From positions 1-64,000 of IMG/VR virus record IMGVR_UViG_2845860650_000005: a stretch of 64,000 nucleotides of DNA; one strand, given 5' to 3'. The translations under genes and the position numbers were made by a program. The notes under the pieces were generated by a model. The model saw nothing but the letters and a program-made list of their open reading frames with translations. It was not told the origin of the DNA and did no database searches. Position 1 is the stretch's first letter; each line of letters begins with the position of its first letter. Of the stretch, positions 19,936 to 29,132 are shown in pieces. This DNA is from a virus. Its lineage: Duplodnaviria > Caudoviricetes.

Positions 19936-20487
19936 TCAAGACTCACTATGCTGTCGTAGTAACCTTCTAGCTAAAGCTTCTTGTTGTGGCGTCAAAGGTT
20001 CTTCTTGATAATCGTCTTCGTAGTCGTCCGCATCTATCGTGGCTGCCGACTTTAACTCTTCACCTGCTGAAACAACTTCAGCATCGATTTGATTAACTTG
20101 AATTTGACCTACTATAAGTTTTACTTGTTCTGGAGTTAAACCTTTATCTAAATCTACTAAAGCTCTTTTTAGCTCTGCTATTTTGTCGCTGACTGACAAC
20201 CTATCTTCTTTCGACCTAACCTTAGACCGCTCCAAAATAGCAATATTTAGAGCAATCATAAATCTACTAATTTCCAAACTATCCAGTGTCATTTTAAAAT
20301 TGGAAGCACTTTGATAGCTAGCAATATCTGGTGTAATTGTAGGACAAGCAGTAACTAATGCATAAGCTATCCGCGCATCATCTTCTGGGTTGACCATGCC
20401 ATTTTGCATGGATGCCGCTACTTTGCTTAATAAAGTATCGCTACTGTTTGCGATCGCAAACGCTTTTCCTCTAATTTTAAATTCCAT
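19936..20487 (-). CDS. Hypothetical phage protein
   Basis: 183-aa ORF with coiled coil and acidic tail. Confidence 0.7.
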   Translation of the reverse strand: MEFKIRGKAFAIANSSDTLLSKVAASMQNGMVNPEDDARIAYALVTACPTITPDIASYQSASNFKMTLDSLEISRFMIALNIAILERSKVRSKEDRLSVSDKIAELKRALVDLDKGLTPEQVKLIVGQIQVNQIDAEVVSAGEELKSAATIDADDYEDDYQEEPLTPQQEALARRLLRQHSES

Positions 20488-20504
20488 GTTTTTCTACTTT
20501 TGAA

Positions 20505-20670
20505 GAAGGCAGCTATGCTGGAGGCAGAGGGCAGAAGGGACAATTAAGAAAGGGATTCAGATCCCTCCTTAATCGGGGTCACATCCAGTTGGTTTCAGTG
20601 GGGATTTTAAACCCTTACTTCTTCTGGTCGTGGCAGAAAAACAGTATTCCTTCTGCTCTCTGCCTTTCTC
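20505..20670 (-). repeat. STRR-bounded MITE-like dispersed repeat, copy 3 (reverse orientation)
   Basis: Reverse complement of the core at 17545 and 40828 (GGGACAATTAAGAAAGGGATTCAG...AACCCTTACT...CAGTATTCC). Confidence 0.8.
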
Positions 20671-20680
20671 GATAAATAAA

Positions 20681-20709
20681 AGTTGCCAAATGTCTAGTTT
20701 TTGGCAACT
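20681..20709 (-). terminator. Probable intrinsic terminator
   Basis: AGTTGCCAAA/TTTGGCAACT stem followed by T-rich sequence on the minus strand. Confidence 0.55.
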
Positions 20710-20731
20710 ACTAATCTCTATTAGATTTCAA

Positions 20732-20953
20732 TTATGCTAAAGCAGTTACGTCGGGAAGTGCCGCAGCAGCTACATCTATTAGCTGATTAATTTTTTCTAA
20801 ATTAGTGCTTTCAAGTCCTAGTATCTGTGCTGCTTCTTCTTTTGCGGCGTCCCTTTCTTCTTCAGCAACATTTTTAGCCTGTATTAATTTCTGGACTAAT
20901 TCGGCTAATTTACCAATGGCTTCACCGGAAATTTGTTCTGTTGATGCTGTCAT
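20732..20953 (-). CDS. Small coiled-coil hypothetical protein
   Basis: ATG with upstream AGGAG RBS; helical Ala/Glu-rich sequence. Confidence 0.7.
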   Translation of the reverse strand: MTASTEQISGEAIGKLAELVQKLIQAKNVAEEERDAAKEEAAQILGLESTNLEKINQLIDVAAAALPDVTALA

Positions 20954-20986
20954 ATTAACTCCTGTAGTTTCAATTATTAATTATGC

Positions 20987-21472
20987 TCATTTAATCAAAT
21001 GTTGCCCATTAATATCAACAAAAATTGACATATTTGCTGTTGCTTCACAGGTAATATCTACAATCCAATTGTTTGGAGGTTTTAACGCTTGTCTTTTAAC
21101 ACAAGTAATATCTGAAGTCGTCATCAAATCATAAATCAATCGACTATCAAAAAATTGTTTTAAAGCTGGTATGCCGTGGTGTAAATCTAGTGCTGCCGAC
21201 AATGAAAGTGCTTCAGATGTAATACGATTGCTAGCACCCAATGTCATCAATATTTCCATCTGCAATTCTAAAAATTGAAACCCCCCCCGGACTGCCCTGC
21301 CAGAGGCTCTGTCTCTATTTTCTGCCAGCGACCGGAATGTAATAACTCCAAAGCGATCGCCCTCAGCAATACCTTCGTATCTGTAGGTGGGTGCGAGTTG
21401 GAAGTAGTTTACAAAGTAATCATTGAGTTCGGTGAAAAAAACTGAACATAGTTCAGAGTAAGGACTAGGCAT
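20987..21472 (-). CDS. Hypothetical protein, possibly tail completion/terminator-like
   Basis: 161 aa; size and beta-rich pattern fit neck/tail-terminator proteins; function inferred from context only. Confidence 0.5.
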   Translation of the reverse strand: MPSPYSELCSVFFTELNDYFVNYFQLAPTYRYEGIAEGDRFGVITFRSLAENRDRASGRAVRGGFQFLELQMEILMTLGASNRITSEALSLSAALDLHHGIPALKQFFDSRLIYDLMTTSDITCVKRQALKPPNNWIVDITCEATANMSIFVDINGQHLIK

Positions 21473-21602
21473 AAAGGTAAGGCAGAAGCTAAGAAGGCAG
21501 AAAGCAGAAGGTTGTTTATTCGTTTGTGACGATAACTTTCGACATTGAGAGCAATTACATTAATTCCTTCTGCCTTCTGCCTTCTGCCCTCTGCCTTCCC
21601 CC

Positions 21603-22256
21603 TCAAAATCCCTCTGGTGGTATAACACCAATCGCACTAAGTCGCTCCAATATATACAACTTTTTCTCTAAGAAAATCTCGTCATCTACCACCTCAGTTT
21701 TTTTATCCCACCCTGTAAATTCTTCTCGCTCATCTGGGTCTTTCATTCTTTCTGAAGCCTGTTTACAAAGCAGGGCACATTCTTCTAGTGAGTGGGTTTG
21801 CCAAAGTTTAGGAGCGTGGCGCTTGAATATTAGATACAAATCGGTTTTAACATCTAATATGTAGTCACCGGTGGTTGGTGGGGGTGCGCCAATGAAAGTT
21901 GATTGCATGGGTTTTTCTTCTAAGGAATATCCCATCAACTGCTCTAAATAGGACAACCCAGGCCTGAAATTTTCGCCTTCTCCTACTGGGGCACTACAAA
22001 CCAATAGCAAATGTCGAGATTCATCAGTTAGGCGATCGCAGTCTAATTTTAGTAGTTCGGTGATTTTATGGTAATGCTTACCAAAATTAGCGTACAAAAC
22101 AGCAGACACTTCATCGACAGGCCAAACTGGTATTCCAGATAATTCCTGCTGCAATTCTAAATGATAAGCACGAATTTGCAGATGTAGTTGTCCTGGGATA
22201 TCACTTTTAAACAGTAGAGTGAAGTCTCCATCAATAAAGTCTAGGCGTTTCCACAT
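21603..22256 (-). CDS. Hypothetical phage protein
   Basis: 217-aa ORF overlapping the upstream gene within an operon. Confidence 0.7.
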   Translation of the reverse strand: MWKRLDFIDGDFTLLFKSDIPGQLHLQIRAYHLELQQELSGIPVWPVDEVSAVLYANFGKHYHKITELLKLDCDRLTDESRHLLLVCSAPVGEGENFRPGLSYLEQLMGYSLEEKPMQSTFIGAPPPTTGDYILDVKTDLYLIFKRHAPKLWQTHSLEECALLCKQASERMKDPDEREEFTGWDKKTEVVDDEIFLEKKLYILERLSAIGVIPPEGF

Positions 22257-22765
22257 TGCTTAGAAACTAACCACGCCCAACGCATCTTAACCGTTCTCGC
22301 CCCTAATAGCCCGTTGTGATGTCCTGGCGTTTCTAGGGAGGGTGGTAATTGATTTGCAGGAATTCCAAGATGAGTTTCGCTAAATTGAATAATATCATTG
22401 CAATACATAGGGAATCCACTAGGTAAATCATCCATCATCGTCCCGAATATTTGACAAAAAGCTACCCAGTCGTAACTACACCATTCACCCCAGAATTCCG
22501 GCTTGTTATTGTCTGAATTAAATGCGACGAAATCTTTGATAATAGATGCCATATCTTGTTTTCTTAGCCATCTTTCTCCTGGCTTATCTGGCTTAGGAGG
22601 TAGATTGACCAAGACATTCTCCTTTACCCAATCGCTGGCTTTACTGTAATCGCAATCCCAATTAAGCAAATAAGTTTCTTTGCCGTTCAAAGTTGTAATG
22701 CCAATATCAATTAAATCTATTGTTGTGCCATTCTCGATGAATTCACAATCCAAAAAATAAATCAA
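22241..22765 (-). CDS. DEDDh 3'-5' exoribonuclease, Rv2179c/DUF5051-like
   Basis: YFLDCEFIE, ASDWVKENVL..LP, PEFWG...YDWV.FCQIFG.MM.LP.GFP.Y. Confidence 0.85.
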   Translation of the reverse strand: MIYFLDCEFIENGTTIDLIDIGITTLNGKETYLLNWDCDYSKASDWVKENVLVNLPPKPDKPGERWLRKQDMASIIKDFVAFNSDNNKPEFWGEWCSYDWVAFCQIFGTMMDDLPSGFPMYCNDIIQFSETHLGIPANQLPPSLETPGHHNGLLGARTVKMRWAWLVSKQCGNA

Positions 22766-23430
22766 TCTAATACCTCCACCCTCTTTTCGACAATATTTAT
22801 TTTTATGGTTGTTAATTTGTTTTTTGCAGAGACACCTTTGTTTTGCTCTAAATTCCCTTTTATTTCTAAATATTCAACGTTTCCGGTTTCTGATAAACAG
22901 ACTAAATGGGCAATTATTTGCTCCAAATCATTTTGCATCACTATCACCTGCCTGGGGTAAATAACAGGTGTACGCACCTTAACTATTTTGTCTTTGACAT
23001 TTTTAGAAATATAAATTCTCCCTTCAGAATTAATAGCAATTTGGTCATCATCGAACACTTCATCTGGATGGCTAACAACTTCTAAACCTATTCCTTCACC
23101 TGATTTTTGATTTGAATCTACCAAGTAGTAAGCAATGGCACTACTAAGTTCTGATTCAATTAAATGGAAGTTAGTTTTTCCAGAAGTATTTTTTAACCTG
23201 CTATTTTGAGATTTTGGATGGGCTTGCAGTAATTCTATGGTTTGGATGTTGTGTTGAACTTCGTAATCGAGTCCCAATGCGATCGCATTTAGTTCGCTAG
23301 ACTGATTTTCAGTCTTAAAAGTCATCTGCAACTTATCAACAGATATTTTTACTAAATGCGGTATGGCTAAAGCTTGAATCACTTCTTGTTTGGCTTCTAG
23401 CCATGCTCGGTAAATTTTTTTGATTCCCAC
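22762..23430 (-). CDS. Hypothetical phage protein
   Basis: 222-aa ORF with overlapping start/stop codons on both sides. Confidence 0.7.
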   Translation of the reverse strand: MGIKKIYRAWLEAKQEVIQALAIPHLVKISVDKLQMTFKTENQSSELNAIALGLDYEVQHNIQTIELLQAHPKSQNSRLKNTSGKTNFHLIESELSSAIAYYLVDSNQKSGEGIGLEVVSHPDEVFDDDQIAINSEGRIYISKNVKDKIVKVRTPVIYPRQVIVMQNDLEQIIAHLVCLSETGNVEYLEIKGNLEQNKGVSAKNKLTTIKINIVEKRVEVLD

Positions 23431-24080
23431 TAGCTAGAAGGTCTTGCAATTCCTTGGGCAAGTTGTATGGCGTCGAGCGTAGCGTAACCAACACCAGTTA
23501 ATGGCCCAAAGGATTGTTTTTGTACTGGTGATAGCGCAGCATCGTACCATTTACCAGAAGTGCTAATTTTTGGAAATCCAGATTCATTAGCACTAAAGTC
23601 AATTTCTGCTTCTGCAATTTTCCTGTGTAACGCGGTTCCTGAATTTGCTGTAGTTGTCGCTATTACTACATTACCGACGGTTGTAGAGTCGGTGTTACTA
23701 AGTGTAAATGCCTGTCCGGGTATCAAAGACTTAACTGTAATTACCCCTCCCACATTTGTAGCTTGGACATTGGGATTGGTGTTAATTAAAGTCGCCAAAA
23801 AAGTTGCAATGGAAGCAGCTGTTTCGCTGGCGACTTGTTTGTGTCTATAAGTTAGGGCGCTACTGCCTACAGTGACCTTAACAGCGTATTCGTCGCCAGT
23901 ACTGCCAGAGGTAATAGTAACAGTGGAAACTTGTGGTACGTTGTCGGGATTTAAAGTTAAATACCACTCGATTTTGACTTTGTTGTTCTCGGCAGAGCTA
24001 ATTCTATATTCTGCTTCTAATTCAGTGGGAGTAGTAGAGGTATTTCTAGGGCGTTCGTAGTCAATAACTCCAATTGGCAT
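23430..24080 (-). CDS. Putative virion structural protein (Thr/Ser-rich beta domain)
   Basis: QVSTVTIT...ASETAASIATFLATLIN...VITVK pattern resembles tail sheath/decoration insert domains. Confidence 0.6.
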   Translation of the reverse strand: MPIGVIDYERPRNTSTTPTELEAEYRISSAENNKVKIEWYLTLNPDNVPQVSTVTITSGSTGDEYAVKVTVGSSALTYRHKQVASETAASIATFLATLINTNPNVQATNVGGVITVKSLIPGQAFTLSNTDSTTVGNVVIATTTANSGTALHRKIAEAEIDFSANESGFPKISTSGKWYDAALSPVQKQSFGPLTGVGYATLDAIQLAQGIARPSS

Positions 24081-24139
24081 GGCGCTTGTAGTAAATGAAA
24101 CTGCTTTTTATTTTCATTTATTAGCGAGTTAAAAATAAA

Positions 24140-24181
24140 AACTTTGCTATTTCAGCAAAATTTTGCTGAAATAGCAAAGTT
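24140..24181. promoter_or_regulatory. Perfect 42-bp palindrome in a divergent intergenic region
   Basis: AACTTTGCTATTTCAGCAAAA|TTTTGCTGAAATAGCAAAGTT with no loop. Confidence 0.75.
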
Positions 24182-24217
24182 GTTGAATTGAGATTGGAGA
24201 TTTTGCATTATCGATGA

Positions 24218-27200
24218 ATGAATGCAAATCCTTTTTCAATTGAAGACGAAGACGTTCGGCTAGATGCGGCTTTAATCAACCTCATTACTCAAATGGGGAC
24301 AAGCGGCGATCGCTCCGAACACACCACAGTTGGTAGAAGTCACAAAATTCCCAAACAAGATTTAGAAGAACTATACAAAGTCCCAATTTGTCGGAGAGTG
24401 GTTAGGGCACGGGCAGATAGCGCCGTACTAAAAGGATGGCATTTAACTTTAGGAGGTGAAAAATCAGACCAAAAAATAATCCCCAAATTTACCAAATATC
24501 ACGACAAGCTAAAAGTCAAAGAAAGCTTTCATGAAGCCCAGATTCAAGCTAATATTTACGGGGGCGCAGTTATTGTAATTGTGGCCAATGACGGTAAGAA
24601 TGCCTCAGAACCACTAGATATAACAAAAATCAAAAGCATTACTGCTTTAGAAGTCCTTGACCGCTACAAAATTCAGCCAGAAATAGATATCGGCATCAAC
24701 CCATCCAATCCGGAGTTCTATCGGCTAATACTGCCAGAATTTTTGCAACGCAAATTTAGTCAATTGTTTCCGAACCAAGGAGCAAATTTTAAAATTCACG
24801 CATCTCGAATTATTCGATTTGATGGTATTTCTTACACCCCCGATATGCTTGGGTGCAACGAAGGGTGGGGAGGCAGTATTTTAGAATCTCTTTGGGAAGA
24901 TTATCGAGATTGGAAAACCGCCCTAAAAGCTCTTGGGGCAATGCTGCACGACTGTTCCGTGTTTGTGTACAAGCTCAAAGGCTTGGCACAAATGGTGAAA
25001 ACCCAGGACGAAGGGCTTTTGAAATCACGTCTGCGGTTGATGCGGATGATGATTTCAGTTTTTGGTGGGTTTGCTGCTGACGCCGAGGGGGAAAATGTGG
25101 AATTTCCCAGTCGGACATTTGCAGGCGTTGACCAAGTAGCTAATCAATTGAGAGATGCCTTTATTGGCTCTACAGGCATTCCCCACGACCGCTTATTTGG
25201 TGAATCTCCTAGTGGATTGGGGGCGACCGGAGAAAGTGAAGAGAAAAACTGGGCTACTGATGTAGCTTCATTCCAGCAGACTGAGTGGAAACCCAAATTA
25301 AAAGATTTTGGGCGATTAATTTTTTTGGCGAAAGACGGCCCTACAGGAGGTAAAGAACCGGAAGACTGGGACTATGAATTTCCATCTTTGCTACAACAAT
25401 CTGAATCTGAAATTGTTAGCACCCGGTCTAGCCAAGCTTCCATTGATAATACTTATCTTGCAACTGGTGTATTGCTACCTGAAGAAGTCCGGGCTTCTCG
25501 TTTTGGTGGCTCAAAATACTCAATTGAAACTGTTTTAGATACAAAACTTTTCTCTAAGAAACAACAAGAGGCGCAACAACAACAATTTGGTGGATTTGAT
25601 GGGTTTGGTGAAGAGGAGTTACCACCCGAAGAAGCACCTCCTGAAGAAGAAACAACGAATCAAGATTCCCTTGAAAGGTATGACGCTTTATATTCCCAAT
25701 TGCCCAAGGATGAACAAGGACGAGTTAAATATTTGGGTAAATGGTGGAAGCCCAATAAGCCGGTAGCAAGTAGTCGTCAGGGTAAAAAGCGGATGGTGCT
25801 AGCTAAAAAAGGCGATCGCGTCAAGTTAATCCATTATGGTGCAGAAGGTTACCAACATAATTACTCCCCAGAAGCCAAAAAAAATTACCTCACCCGCTCT
25901 GCTGGCATCAAGGATAAAGAAGGGAATTTAACTAAAGACGATCCATTTAGCCCAAACTACTGGGCCAGGAAGGACTTGTGGAATAAAAGACTTCCTGCTG
26001 ATGGGAGAACCTTGTATCAAGGCAGAGGACAGAAGGCAGAAGGCAGAAGGGAAGAAACTAATGGAAATGGTAAGCCATGCGGCGATGGGTTTATTCCTGG
26101 CAATAAAGAGTGCCACAAAGACTCTGATTCATTACCTTCTGCCTTCTGCCCTCTGCCTTCTGCCTTCAAAAAAGACGCCGACCCACCAAAGAAAATCGTC
26201 AACTGGAACGGTTTATCAATCGGCGTCACTCACCAAGTTGGAGATACTCGATTCCCCCTTGCTCGTCCAATGGTTGCAGACTACGGGCACTTACGCCGTA
26301 GCTATGGCAGCGCACCAGACGGCAAAGCATTGGATTTCTATTTGGGCGAAAACCTAGAGTCACCCAACGTTTTTAAAATCAGACAACTCGACCCCCAAAC
26401 TGGGATGCCCGATGAAGATAAATATTTCATCGGATTTGAAGATGCCGCATCAGCTAGAGATTGCTTTACTTACCACGCGGGACGCGATCGCTTCGGGGGA
26501 ATAGAGCCAATTGACCAAAATCAACTGCAAGTTTACAGAAAAGATAATTGTGCAATTTCTGAACCCAAGTTAAATAATGGCGTCAGAATTTTTGATAACA
26601 AGTTACTTATTGATAATCCACCAGATAATCATCAAATTTTGGGTATAGTTACCTCCACTTTCCCCGAACAAGTATTAGGTTTGGGCAACTGGAAATACAA
26701 AGCCGATGGTACTGTTGATGGGGAATTTTACACACCTATTGGTGTTTATGGGTTTGGAATTAAAAATAATTATTGTGGGTATTCTTGGAAGCGGGAATTG
26801 AGTAATGAGGGCAGAAGGCAGAAGGCAGAAGGCAGAAGGGAAGAAAGTTACCCTACTTCGTCCTTCGTTTTAGATTCTGACCCCATAAGACCCGGTTACA
26901 CCTGGGTTAACGATAAGACTGTAAAAGGTGGTGGCTACTTCCGCAAGGGTGAAGCTAAAGAAGAACCTGAGTCAGCATCCAAGAAGAAAAATACGAATAT
27001 ACTAAAAAATCTCAATAAAACTATTGAAGAAATTAGCAATATAGAGGAGATGCCAGAAGGTAAAGAAGGCTCTGCTTTTAGAAAGAAATATAATGATTTG
27101 CTTTTAGGTGCTATTTATGATTTGGATGATGCCCATATTGAAGATGTCAGAAAGCTCAAATCTATTATAGATGAACCAGTTACTTTAAAGGACTACTCTG

Positions 27201-27847
27201 GATTTTTTGCTAGCAAAATAGTTCAAGAAGAATTTGATATAAAATTTGGCAGATTATTTCAAGTAGAAAACGACAGAAAAAAGAGGCTATTAAGCAGCAA
27301 TTATTCTAGTAGGCTTTTAAAATCTATCTATATTAAAGGTGCTACTGAAGAAGACAATAATAGTTTATCTGAGTGGGAACAAACTTTAAAGACAGATAAA
27401 ACTTTTTCAAATTTTGTCGATGGTAGTAGCTTAATGACCAAAGAAAGCGATTCTTTTAAATATGCAAATGCTGTAATTAACGTTTCTCAAAAAAATCCTG
27501 GTGCTTTTAGAGGAATTAGAGATAATCAAGGCAAACTTCAAGCGGCTGCAATAGTCTATCCAGAAATAATTAAAGGATATTTATTTGTTAATTATTTAGC
27601 TTCAGCACCACACAATATGATAGAAAATCATCCTGACAAAGCTGCTGGTGCTGGCGTTGAGATGATTTCACAATTGATTCAAGAATCTAAGGAATTAGGA
27701 TTTGAAGGCAAATTGGTATTAGGTGGACAAAGCGGTACTGGGTATGAGTTTTATAAAAAATGTGGTTTTGAAGGTAATATTTTACCTCCAGAAAAAGCTG
27801 AGCAGTTCTTACGAAGATTAGAAGAATCAAAAAAAGATTTAAAATGA
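24218..27847 (+). CDS. Phage portal protein (DUF1073 type) fused to DUF5754-like, inorganic-pyrophosphatase-like and GNAT acetyltransferase domains
   Basis: Portal motifs IHASRIIRFDG, GWGGSILE, TGIPHDRLFGESPSGLGATGESE; IHYGAEGY...SPNYWAR..LW; DYGHL...DGKALDFYLG...DEDKYFIGF; YLASAP...GAG...FYKKCGF. Confidence 0.88.
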   Translation: MNANPFSIEDEDVRLDAALINLITQMGTSGDRSEHTTVGRSHKIPKQDLEELYKVPICRRVVRARADSAVLKGWHLTLGGEKSDQKIIPKFTKYHDKLKVKESFHEAQIQANIYGGAVIVIVANDGKNASEPLDITKIKSITALEVLDRYKIQPEIDIGINPSNPEFYRLILPEFLQRKFSQLFPNQGANFKIHASRIIRFDGISYTPDMLGCNEGWGGSILESLWEDYRDWKTALKALGAMLHDCSVFVYKLKGLAQMVKTQDEGLLKSRLRLMRMMISVFGGFAADAEGENVEFPSRTFAGVDQVANQLRDAFIGSTGIPHDRLFGESPSGLGATGESEEKNWATDVASFQQTEWKPKLKDFGRLIFLAKDGPTGGKEPEDWDYEFPSLLQQSESEIVSTRSSQASIDNTYLATGVLLPEEVRASRFGGSKYSIETVLDTKLFSKKQQEAQQQQFGGFDGFGEEELPPEEAPPEEETTNQDSLERYDALYSQLPKDEQGRVKYLGKWWKPNKPVASSRQGKKRMVLAKKGDRVKLIHYGAEGYQHNYSPEAKKNYLTRSAGIKDKEGNLTKDDPFSPNYWARKDLWNKRLPADGRTLYQGRGQKAEGRREETNGNGKPCGDGFIPGNKECHKDSDSLPSAFCPLPSAFKKDADPPKKIVNWNGLSIGVTHQVGDTRFPLARPMVADYGHLRRSYGSAPDGKALDFYLGENLESPNVFKIRQLDPQTGMPDEDKYFIGFEDAASARDCFTYHAGRDRFGGIEPIDQNQLQVYRKDNCAISEPKLNNGVRIFDNKLLIDNPPDNHQILGIVTSTFPEQVLGLGNWKYKADGTVDGEFYTPIGVYGFGIKNNYCGYSWKRELSNEGRRQKAEGRREESYPTSSFVLDSDPIRPGYTWVNDKTVKGGGYFRKGEAKEEPESASKKKNTNILKNLNKTIEEISNIEEMPEGKEGSAFRKKYNDLLLGAIYDLDDAHIEDVRKLKSIIDEPVTLKDYSGFFASKIVQEEFDIKFGRLFQVENDRKKRLLSSNYSSRLLKSIYIKGATEEDNNSLSEWEQTLKTDKTFSNFVDGSSLMTKESDSFKYANAVINVSQKNPGAFRGIRDNQGKLQAAAIVYPEIIKGYLFVNYLASAPHNMIENHPDKAAGAGVEMISQLIQESKELGFEGKLVLGGQSGTGYEFYKKCGFEGNILPPEKAEQFLRRLEESKKDLK
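26873..26959 (+). repeat. 87-bp coding repeat DSDPIRPGYTWVNDKTVKGGGYFRKGEAK, copy 1
   Basis: Near-identical to 27916-28002. Confidence 0.9.
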
Positions 27848-28848
27848 GTTTTTTACAAGAGTTACTTTTAACTGAAGATAAATACGGTTTTAGCGTAGGT
27901 CAAGATAACCGTCACGACTCAGACCCAGTACGCCCTGGTTATACCTGGGTTAACGATCGCACTGTAAAAGGTGGTGGCTACTTCCGCAAAGGTGAAGCTA
28001 AAAAAGACCCCCCGAAAGTTTTTCAACGCAAATCTCAACACTCCCCCGAACCTGAAGGCCCAGGAATTTCTATTTCTGAAGATTTACTTGAAGTAGATTC
28101 TGAACAGGAAGGCAGAGTTAGAGGCGCTTTAATCAGTCTGATGGACGAAAACATTACTCGTGCCATCGACTCTATCAAACAAGTGCATTCTTTATCGGGA
28201 CTTCCGGAATTTGACATCGATTTATACAGAAATCCTCAACGCCCGCAAGAAAGTGGTGGCATGAGGATTGCAGGAAGAGGATTAAACCCAGACGGCAGCG
28301 CCAAAATTGCGTTCCAAGATATGAGGTTGAATCTCGCAACACCAGAACGTTTACTTCAAAATCGCGTCCCTATTGCTGATGTGAAGACCTTTCTTAAACT
28401 AACTGTAATTCATGAAATGGGACATACAGTTGATTTGACTCTTCTGGGGACAAGAAAAGACCGTTTCGCCTCAGCAGCGATTGATACTACTGATAATAAT
28501 TTACCTAACTCTGCCGATCCAGAATTGGCTAATCTGATGACCACTCTAAACAACTCCCAAGGGGCAGAAAAAATTAGGCGAGGGACTGCTAACGACCCAA
28601 ATCTTAGAGAATATGGCGACTATTTACTTTCCAATAACGAGTTGTTTGCGAGGGCTTATACTCAATACGTCGCTACTAAATCAGGCGATCGCACACTCCA
28701 AGACAATATTCAAAATTTTGGCATTTCTGCCAACCGCCCAGCAAGAGATACACCATTAGGTCACGGTCACTGGGATGAAGAGGAATTTAATTCTACAATA
28801 CTCCCAGAATTTGATAGAATCTTTGCAAATAAAGGGCTATTAAAATGA
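27844..28848 (+). CDS. Zincin-like metallopeptidase (polyvalent-protein type) with an N-terminal repeated tag
   Basis: VIHEMGHTVD (HExxH) and downstream ELFARAYTQYV; ATGA overlap with the portal gene. Confidence 0.8.
   Translation: MSFLQELLLTEDKYGFSVGQDNRHDSDPVRPGYTWVNDRTVKGGGYFRKGEAKKDPPKVFQRKSQHSPEPEGPGISISEDLLEVDSEQEGRVRGALISLMDENITRAIDSIKQVHSLSGLPEFDIDLYRNPQRPQESGGMRIAGRGLNPDGSAKIAFQDMRLNLATPERLLQNRVPIADVKTFLKLTVIHEMGHTVDLTLLGTRKDRFASAAIDTTDNNLPNSADPELANLMTTLNNSQGAEKIRRGTANDPNLREYGDYLLSNNELFARAYTQYVATKSGDRTLQDNIQNFGISANRPARDTPLGHGHWDEEEFNSTILPEFDRIFANKGLLK
27916..28002 (+). repeat. 87-bp coding repeat DSDPVRPGYTWVNDRTVKGGGYFRKGEAK, copy 2
   Basis: 27 of 29 aa identical to copy 1; most nucleotide differences are synonymous. 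Confidence 0.9.
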
Positions 28849-29132
28849 TTGACCAAAATACTTATAATTTACTGCTATCAGAATATAGCGTATCAATACA
28901 AACCCTAGAAACACTATCATTAGATAAAAATTCAACTCTACAATCTCCTGGATTTAGCATTTTAGACTGTGTTGCCAAGCAAATACCATACAATGATATT
29001 TTAGGATTAATTCAATATGTATACGGCACAAATCTTTATAATGCCAATGAAATGTACCAAGTCGTTGTAGATAAGCGCAAACCAATTGAAATTGTTTTTG
29101 AAAATGAGGTAAAAAAAAAGTCGATAGCGTAG
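28845..29132 (+). CDS. Hypothetical protein; probable N-terminal part of MuF via a -1 frameshift
   Basis: ATGA overlap with the upstream gene; ends GTA AAA AAA AAG TCG ATA GCG TAG. Confidence 0.7.
   Translation: MIDQNTYNLLLSEYSVSIQTLETLSLDKNSTLQSPGFSILDCVAKQIPYNDILGLIQYVYGTNLYNANEMYQVVVDKRKPIEIVFENEVKKKSIA
29111..29120 (+). other. Slippery site A9G (A-AAA-AAG)
   Basis: The -1 frame is open from 29108 into MuF with no ATG/GTG/TTG before 29357. Confidence 0.55.

Noticed and set aside
26873-28002. Diversity-generating retroelement template/variable repeat pair
   Set aside because: Differences are not adenine-specific, both copies are internal coding tags, and no reverse transcriptase is in the window
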